From: a virus
Length of the DNA: 64,000 nt
Direction: 5' to 3' (one strand)
Virus record (IMG/VR): IMGVR_UViG_3300031420_000003
Location: 128,001 to 192,000 of that record
Below the pieces are notes generated by a model. The model worked only from the letters and a program-made list of their open reading frames with translations, was not told the DNA's origin and did not search any database. Made by a program: the position numbers and the translations under genes. Shown here in pieces: positions 1 to 8,736 of the stretch (its first letter is position 1; every line of letters begins with the position of its first letter).

Positions 1-249
1 TTCCAGCGGGTCACGCTTGTAATACACTGCCAGTGCGAGATGGGTCAGTACCAAGTCCATTGTATCTTCCGACAGTTTGAGATTGAGTCGGTGTTGGTCA
101 AGGCTCTTGCGTTGTTCAGCAACAAGCACCTCGTACGTGGCGACGTTTTCTTCCAGAGCAGCGACTATTTCCTGCTCCATATCGAGCTCTTGTTTTAGCT
201 CGGCGTTCTCCTGCTTTAACCGTGAATAACGGCGGAACCAACCGAGCAT
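1..249 (-). CDS. hypothetical coiled-coil protein (partial, runs off window start)
   Basis: Manual translation MLGWFRRYSRLKQENAELKQELDMEQE...; ATG at 247-249 preceded by GGAGGTAGGTT. Confidence 0.7.
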   Translation of the reverse strand, partial: MLGWFRRYSRLKQENAELKQELDMEQEIVAALEENVATYEVLVAEQRKSLDQHRLNLKLSEDTMDLVLTHLALAVYYKRDPLE

Positions 250-252
250 AAC

Positions 253-480
253 CTACCTCCCAAGTTCTTTCTTTAACACATCAACCTCGATGCGCAACCT
301 GTCGCGTTCCACTTCCGCATTAACACAGCGCTCAATCAGCTGGTCACGAATCGCGTTGTAACCTTTCTTGCGATCGACCGGGTAACGAATCATCATCCAA
401 ATCAACTGCAATAACCCAATGACAATCCCCACGATTAACATGATGGGGTTGTTCGTGGGTTTGAGTGGGTCATAAGTCAT
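253..480 (-). CDS. small membrane protein
   Basis: Hydrophobic segment IMLIVGIVIGLLQLIWMMI followed by charged tail; start overlaps upstream stop. Confidence 0.7.
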   Translation of the reverse strand: MTYDPLKPTNNPIMLIVGIVIGLLQLIWMMIRYPVDRKKGYNAIRDQLIERCVNAEVERDRLRIEVDVLKKELGR

Positions 481-779
481 CAGAACCCCTTGTGGCCACC
501 GGTGGCGTAATAGTTCAATGCCGCCTCGATGAAGGTTAATTGGTTAGAAGCCAACAGCAGTACCCCACCGACTGTAGCGGGGACGCGTTGGATTTCGTAT
601 TCACGGTCTCGGGTGCGAAAACAATATTCGTTACCTAAGACCGCAATTTCGTAGTGGTGACTGCGGGCAGGAATCAAAGACAACAGGAGTGCATCAGCCC
701 ACTCCCGCGTGTCTTCTATATTCCCACCGCCGAGCAGATGGTCGAGAATCTCCTTCTGCGTTTTCTCAAGCGGTTTCAT
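480..779 (-). CDS. hypothetical protein
   Basis: 99-aa ORF translationally coupled to neighbours. Confidence 0.7.
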   Translation of the reverse strand: MKPLEKTQKEILDHLLGGGNIEDTREWADALLLSLIPARSHHYEIAVLGNEYCFRTRDREYEIQRVPATVGGVLLLASNQLTFIEAALNYYATGGHKGF

Positions 780-1303
780 TTGTGACGGTTCCGATCCAGA
801 TAAAGGATGTTCTCATTATCAAACGGCCCTGCAATCCAAGACAGGCGTGTGAAGTGCCCGTTCTTGTCTGCCGTGTCCGACCCGATACACTTAATGTTCG
901 GATGGCCAATCTCTTTAATGATGTCACAGTAGGCATCGATTGAAGCGAGTGGCGTCTTGGCAATGAGCTCGACGAACTGATCCATGTAACGCGGATGCGC
1001 AATCGGTTTGACGTTAACCATCTCACCCGACAGACGCTCACAGATAGACGACGGGGTGTGGCGAATATGCCACGTCCACGCCGGTACCTTAGCACTGTTG
1101 TAATTCCCCATCTGCGTCAGCGCATTGGTAAACGCCTGCAGCCGGAAGAACTCAATGTCCCACTCCACTTCCGGGAAGTGTTTGGCAATAGCAAGCTTCT
1201 TGGGGTCGATGTTGAAGCTGTCGTTGACCTGCTGACCGCGGGTGATGCGAATCAGTTCGGTACGTTCACGTTTGGTAAAACAGTTTAACTGCGCGGTGTT
1301 CAT
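776..1303 (-). CDS. hypothetical protein
   Basis: 175-aa ORF, GAGG RBS, ATGA overlaps. Confidence 0.75.
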   Translation of the reverse strand: MNTAQLNCFTKRERTELIRITRGQQVNDSFNIDPKKLAIAKHFPEVEWDIEFFRLQAFTNALTQMGNYNSAKVPAWTWHIRHTPSSICERLSGEMVNVKPIAHPRYMDQFVELIAKTPLASIDAYCDIIKEIGHPNIKCIGSDTADKNGHFTRLSWIAGPFDNENILYLDRNRHK

Positions 1304-1614
1304 TTCGCACCTCGTTTAACACGGGGAACTGACTTCGAACGACGAATCACGTTCTCCGACACTTCGATAGGGTTAGGGGTCGCACCAGCGATTTCCCACG
1401 TAAAGCCTTCAAGCTCCAACGCTTCAGCAACACGACTGGCTTCGTCGTGGGTCAGCGGTTGCTCAGAACGCACAATGATTTTCGGCGGGATGCGGGTTTC
1501 CAGATTCCCACCCATGCGTTGAAAGACAACACCGGCCGCTGAGGCGGGACGGTTAGCAGTTTCTAACGCAGTGTCGATAACTTCTTCAATTTTGCTAATC
1601 TGTTCAGTTTTCAT
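1300..1614 (-). CDS. hypothetical protein
   Basis: 104-aa ORF with TAAGGA RBS. Confidence 0.75.
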   Translation of the reverse strand: MKTEQISKIEEVIDTALETANRPASAAGVVFQRMGGNLETRIPPKIIVRSEQPLTHDEASRVAEALELEGFTWEIAGATPNPIEVSENVIRRSKSVPRVKRGAK

Positions 1615-1627
1615 GATTAATCCTTAC

Positions 1628-2668
1628 TTAGTTTTTGAATTTAACAGCAAAGCCAATCTGCTCGAGGTGCAGGGCGATTTCATGACGGATGCCGGTAGGC
1701 TCTTTACCGTCGGGGAGTTCAATGGTTAACACAGGCAGGTTACGCTGAGGACGTCGGGTGTTACGGTCAAAGCCCGAGGGTTCACGGCCCATCCACGCCT
1801 TACCGACGTTGGGGGACAAGATTTCGTTCAGGTAGTCTGGCCCTTCCGGTTCGGGTTCAACGCAAGGTACCTCCCACTCGGTGACGGTAAGGTCAACAGG
1901 TATTTGATTGGAGAGCATCTGCCACACGCTGTCGAGGCGACCGCAGACGGTGATAACTTCGTCACGGTCTTTATCGAGTATCGCCAGCGACTTGGTCAGG
2001 CGCATCGCGTAGTTCACCAGTGGGGCGGTGTCGGCACGAAGGTCAATGTTATACTGCTCAGCGTTGTAACCGTTCACTCTGACCATTTGGTAAAGGTATT
2101 GCCACCGCTCCCGGTACTGCTGCTCACGGCGGGAAGTAAGGTGGTCGTACGGGGGACCTTTACGCCGTGGGTAAGGGATGCGAATCACAGGACGGTTGTC
2201 GCTCGGCGACACCCACGTATTTATAAACCTGCGCACATGTCCGGGGGTGGATAAGACACGTTTATAACCGTCATCCTGCGATTCCAACAGGCGCATTCTC
2301 ACCGACACGGCGTACTTCTTAATAATCGCTGACGGTTCACCCAACCACACCTCGGTGGTGTTTCCTTCTATCTCCGCGTGCGCGTACGTTTGCTCAAGGG
2401 CCCGGTAGAGCACCTTGGCCTCGTCGCTGAAGGGTTCGACACAGTTGAGTGTCAACAGGGCAAGGTGAGCTTGGCCGACGTCAGTACCCATCACCGGGAT
2501 GTAGGGAACTGGATACCACTGAAGCGGGTGGCCTTTTTCCTTTAATTCTTTTGCCATTTCTTGGTTACGCAAAAAGACATCGTTGTAACGCACCCGCGCT
2601 TCTGCGGATAATGCCATGTCGGCAGGTAATTTCACCAGCGGTACACGCACAACTTCAACAATAGCCAT
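1628..2668 (-). CDS. hypothetical protein
   Basis: 346-aa ORF with TAAGGAGTAAT RBS; no family recognised. Confidence 0.8.
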   Translation of the reverse strand: MAIVEVVRVPLVKLPADMALSAEARVRYNDVFLRNQEMAKELKEKGHPLQWYPVPYIPVMGTDVGQAHLALLTLNCVEPFSDEAKVLYRALEQTYAHAEIEGNTTEVWLGEPSAIIKKYAVSVRMRLLESQDDGYKRVLSTPGHVRRFINTWVSPSDNRPVIRIPYPRRKGPPYDHLTSRREQQYRERWQYLYQMVRVNGYNAEQYNIDLRADTAPLVNYAMRLTKSLAILDKDRDEVITVCGRLDSVWQMLSNQIPVDLTVTEWEVPCVEPEPEGPDYLNEILSPNVGKAWMGREPSGFDRNTRRPQRNLPVLTIELPDGKEPTGIRHEIALHLEQIGFAVKFKN

Positions 2669-2694
2669 TCTGATTACTCCTTACGGTGTTGCAA

Positions 2695-3075
2695 TTAATT
2701 GATTTCGCCCATGTAAGTCACTTCTCTTCCGAGTTGCTTACCGAGCTGTTGTAAGACTTTCACAAACAGATGACGATGACAGAATTTACCTTCCGGGCAA
2801 TAACACGCTAAGGCTATCTCATCATTATCAAATATATCTAAGAACTTTTTCGGGAACTCTTTTAGCTTGCGATTAATCTTCGCGGCATAGGCTCGAGTAT
2901 AGATACGCTCATCCTCGAGGGTTTTGTCGGAATCTTTATACGCCATTAAGAAATCCCAGTCCGGTGCAAAGATAGCTTCACCGGACTTGATTGTAATATT
3001 CAGGAGGGGTATGTCTTTATCAACAGCTTTGCGCCATTGACCCATCTGAATAGTCCATACTCGTAAGGCTGACAT
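2695..3075 (-). CDS. DUF488-like protein
   Basis: Motifs FAPDWDFL and IALACYCPEGKFCHRHL match the DUF488 C..CHR signature; start re-called at MSALR after AGGAG. Confidence 0.7.
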   Translation of the reverse strand: MSALRVWTIQMGQWRKAVDKDIPLLNITIKSGEAIFAPDWDFLMAYKDSDKTLEDERIYTRAYAAKINRKLKEFPKKFLDIFDNDEIALACYCPEGKFCHRHLFVKVLQQLGKQLGREVTYMGEIN

Positions 3076-3101
3076 ACACACTCCTAAGGGTTAAGGTTTC
3101 C

Positions 3102-3425
3102 TCACGCCATGTGACCCGTGAGTTCATTAATAAGACAAAGCGGCGGATGAATAATCTCCGCCAGCTTCTCTTCTTTCGTGACTTCAAAGATGAGTAGCGT
3201 AAATTCATCCGGTACCGGCATCACGACCATCGTTTTTCCACGCATTCCCGGGCGACCTAACAGATACTTGAGCGTCCACTCGTCCGGGGTTACCATGGAG
3301 CCGACGCCGTTGGTGTACGAGACGCAGATGGGAGTGTTGCCTTTCTCGGCATTCACCCGAAGCAACTCAAACCCCTCTTCCAGTAACGCCATTGCATCTT
3401 TGTCGCTAATGTTTTTGTTTTCCAT
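3102..3425 (-). CDS. hypothetical protein
   Basis: 107-aa ORF overlapping the end of the HslU-like gene. Confidence 0.65.
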   Translation of the reverse strand: MENKNISDKDAMALLEEGFELLRVNAEKGNTPICVSYTNGVGSMVTPDEWTLKYLLGRPGMRGKTMVVMPVPDEFTLLIFEVTKEEKLAEIIHPPLCLINELTGHMA

Positions 3426-5148
3426 CTTCAGGTTTACTCATTGCACGTAAAGTTTCACCACGGATATCAAACCCGTGCTCACGGTACTTCTCTGGTTCGT
3501 ACATCGCCGGTTGGAACACAGCGTTAATCACAGCACCCAAACGACGGGCACCGAGGTTATCGACCATGTTCTGCGCCAGTGTGCGCTCTGCAATCACCTG
3601 ATAGGTGTCCATGTCGTATTTGACCTTGACATTCTCAGTGCGCATCAACGCGATATGACCTTGGAACTCACTGCCGGTCATCTTACAGATGTGGACAAAT
3701 GCATCTGCATCCAGCGCATTCAGACGACCCCGCAGTGGGAAGCGACCTTGCAGCTCGGGCATCAGTTTACTGATAGGGGCGCTAGCAAACGCACCGGCTG
3801 CCACAAACAGAATGTTCGTGGTGTCGATACCGTGATACGTCCCACCTTCTACCATCTTGAGCAAACTGCGCTGCACACCGGAACGCGAGACATGGTTGCG
3901 ACTTCCATCCACTTCAATGAGTTTGTCAATCTCATCCAAGAACACCACTGCGAAGTTTTCCACAAACGACTTAGGATCGATACGCATCTTTGCAGCAGGT
4001 GCGTTCCCCTTTTCTTTTTCCGCAAGGGCCTCTTTGGTAAAGTCTTCACGGTTCGGCATTTCCCAAAGCGCGTCATCAACGTAGTGCGAGAAATCATCGC
4101 AGTTCGTTAATCGGCTCTCTGCCAGTTCCATATCCGTGTGCAGTAAACCCAATGCGTACAACTCAGGTTCTTCCACACGAACCGCACGGAACGCTGTGGG
4201 CTCTAACCGCTCATCGGTTTCCTCAAACTGGTCAGCAAACTGCGCCCATGTTTCATGTGGGGCCGTTGCCATGGCCGGGTAACTGTTCATGTAACGCCGC
4301 CCCAAGTCGAGGAACTCCCCTTCGAGTATTGTCATCGCCCGGATCAGTCGCGCCATAATGCCGCTGACTTCTGCTTCGAGTTCCAGCTCGCTTTTGTCAT
4401 CAAGGTCGGTGTCTTCGAGCTTGGAGAGTTCAGCAAGCCGCGCCGCGTCCTTAAACGCATCACCCAGCTTCAAACCCTCCACTTCCAATGCCGCCAGCTC
4501 GTCGAGACCGGACACATCAGCGATTTGGTTAGAACGATAAAGGCCCAGTAACAGGCAACGGTAGAAGTAGACACTGAGGTACGTACCGTGCTTTTCAATG
4601 TCCAGCACACCGGTTGCTTGTAACTCTTCAATACGGGCATTAGTCGCTTCATTGAACCGCTTGCGCTGGTCGTCTTCCTCCCCTAAGCGGCTGAGCAGCT
4701 CTTGCTTTTGCAATTCCTCCAACTCCGCCCGAGTGAACTTCTTCTCCGGTTCGTTATTGACAGGTTGACCGTGTGCCTGAAGGTACCAGTTCGGAATCTT
4801 CAAGCCTTTGGTCAGCTCTCTTAACTCCTTGCCGATTTCTTCGATGCTGCGACCCACGTACCCCGATTCGGTAAAGGAGGTCATGTCGAACTCCAGCACC
4901 GGCAATTCGAGGTCTTTTCTCAGTACGCGAATCAGCGCCGTTTTACCGGTACCGGTCGGCCCGTGCAGCAACACGTTTTGCTTGTTCACGCTAAAGCGGT
5001 CTTGCCCGGTTAAGAGCGAAGTCCGATAGCGGTTACGCAGGGCAATCGCCAGCATCTTCTTGGCCTGCTCTTGCCCGTATACGTGTTTGTCAAACAGCTT
5101 CACGAAATCTGACGGTGTCATCTCCGGCAGACTCATCAGTATTTTCAT
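3406..5148 (-). CDS. hslU: HslU (ClpY)-like AAA+ ATPase with enlarged I-domain
   Basis: MTP..FVKLFDKHVYGQEQAKK, ALRNR, Walker A GPTGTGKT, pore loop FTESGYVG, Walker B VFLDEIDK, VSRSGVQRSLL, PELQGRFP, NLGARRL. Confidence 0.92.
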   Translation of the reverse strand: MKILMSLPEMTPSDFVKLFDKHVYGQEQAKKMLAIALRNRYRTSLLTGQDRFSVNKQNVLLHGPTGTGKTALIRVLRKDLELPVLEFDMTSFTESGYVGRSIEEIGKELRELTKGLKIPNWYLQAHGQPVNNEPEKKFTRAELEELQKQELLSRLGEEDDQRKRFNEATNARIEELQATGVLDIEKHGTYLSVYFYRCLLLGLYRSNQIADVSGLDELAALEVEGLKLGDAFKDAARLAELSKLEDTDLDDKSELELEAEVSGIMARLIRAMTILEGEFLDLGRRYMNSYPAMATAPHETWAQFADQFEETDERLEPTAFRAVRVEEPELYALGLLHTDMELAESRLTNCDDFSHYVDDALWEMPNREDFTKEALAEKEKGNAPAAKMRIDPKSFVENFAVVFLDEIDKLIEVDGSRNHVSRSGVQRSLLKMVEGGTYHGIDTTNILFVAAGAFASAPISKLMPELQGRFPLRGRLNALDADAFVHICKMTGSEFQGHIALMRTENVKVKYDMDTYQVIAERTLAQNMVDNLGARRLGAVINAVFQPAMYEPEKYREHGFDIRGETLRAMSKPEDGKQKH

Positions 5149-5627
5149 CGCAGCCCCTTAAACCTTTCCATTATCTTCTGGAATTGGATTTTAGACAGGT
5201 CGGACAATACGCCCATTACCTGTTCGCCTTTTACATCCGTCAGCGAGAACAGGGCCGAGTGATGTGTGTTGTCGTACGGGAACATCTCAAGCAGGGTGCC
5301 CGGTTTTGCGATACGGCGCAGATAGTCCACGGCTTCTTCGAGATGATCGAAGCGCAGGGGTGACCGTCCAGCGATGCTGAGCAGCACCGTATTGCGACCA
5401 AAGATAATACAGTCGTTCCGCTCGTTGATAATGGCCTTATCTTCCCGACTCGCGAAGCCTTTGATGTTCCCACGCAGGTGTGGGTCTTTCACGGCAAAGT
5501 ACATTTCGGGAACCGTCAGGTTCATTGACTCGGCCAGCGCAGGAATGTCACGGTCGTACCCGTCGAAGTATTCGCGGATAACCGTATCAAGCTCCGGCCG
5601 AGGCTGTTCCTTCGGCTTTCTGAGCAT
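5145..5627 (-). CDS. hypothetical protein, possible N-terminal HTH
   Basis: DIPALAESMNLTVPEMY resembles an HTH; start uncertain (overlaps QueC-like 3' end). Confidence 0.55.
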   Translation of the reverse strand: MLRKPKEQPRPELDTVIREYFDGYDRDIPALAESMNLTVPEMYFAVKDPHLRGNIKGFASREDKAIINERNDCIIFGRNTVLLSIAGRSPLRFDHLEEAVDYLRRIAKPGTLLEMFPYDNTHHSALFSLTDVKGEQVMGVLSDLSKIQFQKIMERFKGLR

Positions 5628-6573
5628 CTGCCAGATCAACTTCAGTGCCCTGCTGAGTGTTTTCTTTAAACGAGCTGATGATTCTTTCACCTTCTTCACT
5701 CCAACGTGTGTGGGTAAACCAGCGCACAATCGTCAACCGGTTTTCCGGGTCGATGTTTTCGCGGTGTAAATATTTATCTTCATTATCACGCAGGATTGCG
5801 GTAATGGCCTCAAAGCTCATGTCTTTCGCGATGACAGGTGCACGCAGCTCGCGGATAAGGCTTTCATCCACGGCGATAATCCACGCAGCCGTATAGTCGA
5901 TGCCGAGCTTTTTATACTCCCCTCCCTTGGCGCTCGTTCTGCCGGGTTCGGTGTAGATCATTAACTGTTGACGGCTCTTGGAGTAGGCGAACTGGATATG
6001 ATTGCTCCAGTGAATCGTTACCAGTGGTCGGACATTGTCCGGCAGGTTCCACCACATGTCGCGTTTAGACTCATTCCAAGCCGGCGTTTGAAGCGGTAAG
6101 ATTCGCCGCCCGGTGTCACCGAAATGGCACAGGAGTTCAAACATCTTCTTGAGTTTGTCGTAGTCTTCGAGCGACCAGTCGCCGTACTCGCTGCTGTTTT
6201 CCACCGCATCGTCTTTATGCCAACCGACCACGCAGTGGATAGGGTCGCGTATTCTTTGACTTTCAGTTACCAGTCGTGCCAAACCCTGCACAACGCGACC
6301 TTGCTGTAACAGACGCGCCGTAGGCGTATTTTTGTTTGTCAGCACGTAACCGCCCACAGCTTCCATGCCCAACGTACGATGGACAATGTCGCTAACGCGT
6401 TTCGGGTAGAAGCGCCGGGTAATTTCGCGGCTCAGCAAGAACTCGACAATGACGGACGCACCGCCGTTACCCATGGCAAACAGTGCAGGTTCACATTCGT
6501 TTCCCACATCAACCATCCGCTTTAAACACCACGTTGAATCTAACCCGCCAGTCAATGCTAATATCGCTGCCAT
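5587..6573 (-). CDS. QueC-like PP-loop ATP pyrophosphatase
   Basis: N-terminal ILALTGGLDST (SGGxDS type), VVGWHKDD, TPAWNESKRDMWWNLP; C-terminal Cys cluster absent. Confidence 0.7.
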   Translation of the reverse strand: MAAILALTGGLDSTWCLKRMVDVGNECEPALFAMGNGGASVIVEFLLSREITRRFYPKRVSDIVHRTLGMEAVGGYVLTNKNTPTARLLQQGRVVQGLARLVTESQRIRDPIHCVVGWHKDDAVENSSEYGDWSLEDYDKLKKMFELLCHFGDTGRRILPLQTPAWNESKRDMWWNLPDNVRPLVTIHWSNHIQFAYSKSRQQLMIYTEPGRTSAKGGEYKKLGIDYTAAWIIAVDESLIRELRAPVIAKDMSFEAITAILRDNEDKYLHRENIDPENRLTIVRWFTHTRWSEEGERIISSFKENTQQGTEVDLADAQKAEGTASAGA

Positions 6574-6776
6574 TAGTCCATCCTTAATCCACTTAACACG
6601 TACCCACCAAATGCATACCCGCCAGCCGTTAATACCGCTACCACGCCAAGGTAGAAGAGAATAATCGGAATAACTCTTCCCGGCTTATAGCGCGGCGCAA
6701 ACGACAACAGGGCGAGTGCCATTACAAAGGAGAAAAGGGCGTAGACCACCACGCCCCAGATTTGAAGTGCATTCAT
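6573..6776 (-). CDS. two-TM membrane protein
   Basis: Two hydrophobic helices; start re-called at MNALQ (ATGA overlap). Confidence 0.7.
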   Translation of the reverse strand: MNALQIWGVVVYALFSFVMALALLSFAPRYKPGRVIPIILFYLGVVAVLTAGGYAFGGYVLSGLRMD

Positions 6777-7210
6777 CCTTGCAAGTCCAGCAGGTCCCAT
6801 GTTTCAACCGACACGATTTTGCCGTTGTAGTCGAGTACGAAGCGGGGAGCCAGTGGCAGCTCATCGAGGATGTCCATGGCAGTCTTGGCCATTTCTTTCA
6901 ATGGGCCAGCCGGGACAAAGGTACCTGTCACCACAACTTTGCCTTCAGCCACAGTGATTGCAGCGTCGATGATATTGCCACAGACGCGATCGGTATCGAC
7001 GGTCTTCACGCGGATCAACGCATCAAAGGCGTTCATGCCTGAGATATCCGGTACCCCTTTTTCGCAGTAGAGCAGACCCCGTACCAGACGACGAAATGCA
7101 GTTTGAACATCATCCGGGGCAGCGAAGTCAGTCAGGGGGCGTTCCAATAACACACCGTTGGCAACGTGTTTCACTTCTTCAGTTTTGATTACTTTAATTT
7201 TTGCGACCAT
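6773..7210 (-). CDS. prohead-protease (T4 gp21/phiKZ gp175-type) fold protein, apparently inactive
   Basis: Ordered motifs LYCEKGVP / RVKTVDTDRVC / VTGTFVPAGP / LAPR / ETWDL parallel GExGHP / R..ID...VC / G.VKP.GP / FSxR / TWD; His and Ser replaced. Confidence 0.55.
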   Translation of the reverse strand: MVAKIKVIKTEEVKHVANGVLLERPLTDFAAPDDVQTAFRRLVRGLLYCEKGVPDISGMNAFDALIRVKTVDTDRVCGNIIDAAITVAEGKVVVTGTFVPAGPLKEMAKTAMDILDELPLAPRFVLDYNGKIVSVETWDLLDLQG

Positions 7211-7248
7211 GAGATTAATCCTTGTGGGTAATTGAGTAATAAAGCAAT

Positions 7249-7872
7249 TTATTCTTCGTGGGTCTTGACGTAGCTGTCAGGCATTTCCACACTGTGCTTA
7301 CGGTTGATATCGAACTTGGTCTGGTAGCCGACAATCTTTGCCAGCATCAAGGCCTTGTCCACTTTGTGTTCTTCTGGCGACAAGTGTTGAGACTTATCCA
7401 GAATGCCGGAGTGCATGAAGTTCTCCGTGAGCGCTTCATCCATTGCTTCTAAATCAAACTTATCGGACGGTGCGGCAAAGATAGCGTAACCGTAATAGTT
7501 CTGCTCTTCGTCGCGGGTTTGTGCGATAAGCAAGTCAGCATGTTCCGTGAAGTCTGCCAGTGTGTACTCCGGCAACGTCAAGGTCATGCTCTCTGCTGTG
7601 ATAGCCTCGCCCTCTTGGTAAAGGTGCAGAATCCATGCCCGCCAATCCCGTGCTTCTTCAAACAGGGAGGAGGTCAGAATCTCAGCAACCGCGATACGCA
7701 TGTTGCCGGAGGATGTTAATTGAAAAGACCGCCCGCCATAAGGGGCAAGCGGTCGGATAGAGCTGCCCACGAAAGCAATGCGGTTCAGGGCGTTTTGTGC
7801 GCCACTGAGTGCAATGCCGTCCATGGACTTGGCACGGTTATATTTTTTGTTACGTTTCTTTGGGGTTGCCAT
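7249..7872 (-). CDS. hypothetical protein with basic N-terminus
   Basis: Start re-called at MATPKKRNKK after TAAGGAG. Confidence 0.75.
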   Translation of the reverse strand: MATPKKRNKKYNRAKSMDGIALSGAQNALNRIAFVGSSIRPLAPYGGRSFQLTSSGNMRIAVAEILTSSLFEEARDWRAWILHLYQEGEAITAESMTLTLPEYTLADFTEHADLLIAQTRDEEQNYYGYAIFAAPSDKFDLEAMDEALTENFMHSGILDKSQHLSPEEHKVDKALMLAKIVGYQTKFDINRKHSVEMPDSYVKTHEE

Positions 7873-7889
7873 TGCGTATATTCTCCTTA

Positions 7890-7915
7890 CATTAGAAACG
7901 TCTAATACGTGAAAA
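7890..7915 (-). promoter_or_regulatory. class-2 promoter-like motif (variant)
   Basis: Minus strand TTTTCACG-N13-TAATG just upstream of an RBS. Confidence 0.3.
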
Positions 7916-7921
7916 ACGGGA

Positions 7922-8689
7922 CTACTTACTGACCGTGCATTTAAAGGTGTAGCCTTCAGGTACAAAACCCAATTCGAACAGCGGCATGACGTACGGGCCG
8001 TTGTTATCAACCAGCCCGACAAGGAAATCCCCTTCTGGAATATGGTTGAGGATTTGGTTAATCATCTCTTTATAGTGCGCTGTCGGGACTTTCCCTGCGT
8101 GGCTGAGAACAATAGAAGAAATCCAGCGGTTCGGGGAGTGTTGAGTCGGAGGCAACACCGCCATGAAGTACGTTACCCCGGCGACATCAAAACGTGCCAC
8201 GTGGGGATTCAGCCGCATGACGATGGCAAACGGGGATTGTGGATCGAGGCCCGACAAATCTAACGGGCCTTCAGGTGGCGACATGTCGAAGCTGTCGAAT
8301 TCAATGAACGCAGGGCGTGGTTTTGCCTTTGCCACGTAACTCGCTTCCGCGTGGGTAAATCCCGCCTCGTAGAGATTCGGGTCTTCTGTCTTCACCCACT
8401 TCTGCATATCTTCGCGACCCAAGAACTTCACCAGTTCAGGGATGCCGTTCTTAAAGCGCGTGATATCGACTGCCGCATCTAACAGCTCAACCACACCCAC
8501 ATCGTCGCCAATAAGACCCCAGCCCACTTGCTCGTCATCGTTATAGAACTCGACAAAACGAATCACCGTGCCAGCAGATTGGCGCTCCCCAATGGTCTGA
8601 ATCGCTTGTGTGCGTTGGGCAACTAAGCCTTTCTCTTGCGCCCAGTTCAAATCCAGCAACTCTTGGGTTTTCTCTTTAAAGGTATACAT
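7922..8689 (-). CDS. tandem GNAT-fold protein (degenerate)
   Basis: EQVGWGLIG strand, LYEAGF and PLFELGFVP GNAT-type end motifs; no RxxGxG. Confidence 0.55.
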   Translation of the reverse strand: MYTFKEKTQELLDLNWAQEKGLVAQRTQAIQTIGERQSAGTVIRFVEFYNDDEQVGWGLIGDDVGVVELLDAAVDITRFKNGIPELVKFLGREDMQKWVKTEDPNLYEAGFTHAEASYVAKAKPRPAFIEFDSFDMSPPEGPLDLSGLDPQSPFAIVMRLNPHVARFDVAGVTYFMAVLPPTQHSPNRWISSIVLSHAGKVPTAHYKEMINQILNHIPEGDFLVGLVDNNGPYVMPLFELGFVPEGYTFKCTVSK

Positions 8690-8706
8690 GATTACTCCTT
8701 GCGAAT

Positions 8707-8736
8707 AAAAATAAGAAAGCTAGCCCAGAGGCTAGC
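8707..8736 (-). terminator. intrinsic terminator
   Basis: GCTAGC/GCTAGC stem next to A-rich run on + (U-tract on -). Confidence 0.55.

Noticed and set aside
3960-4810. HslU insertion as an intein
   Set aside because: No Cys/Ser start, His-Asn end or LAGLIDADG motif; it occupies the normal I-domain position
5587-6573. Complete 7-deazaguanine DNA-modification cluster
   Set aside because: No folE, queD, queE or dpdA recognised in the window
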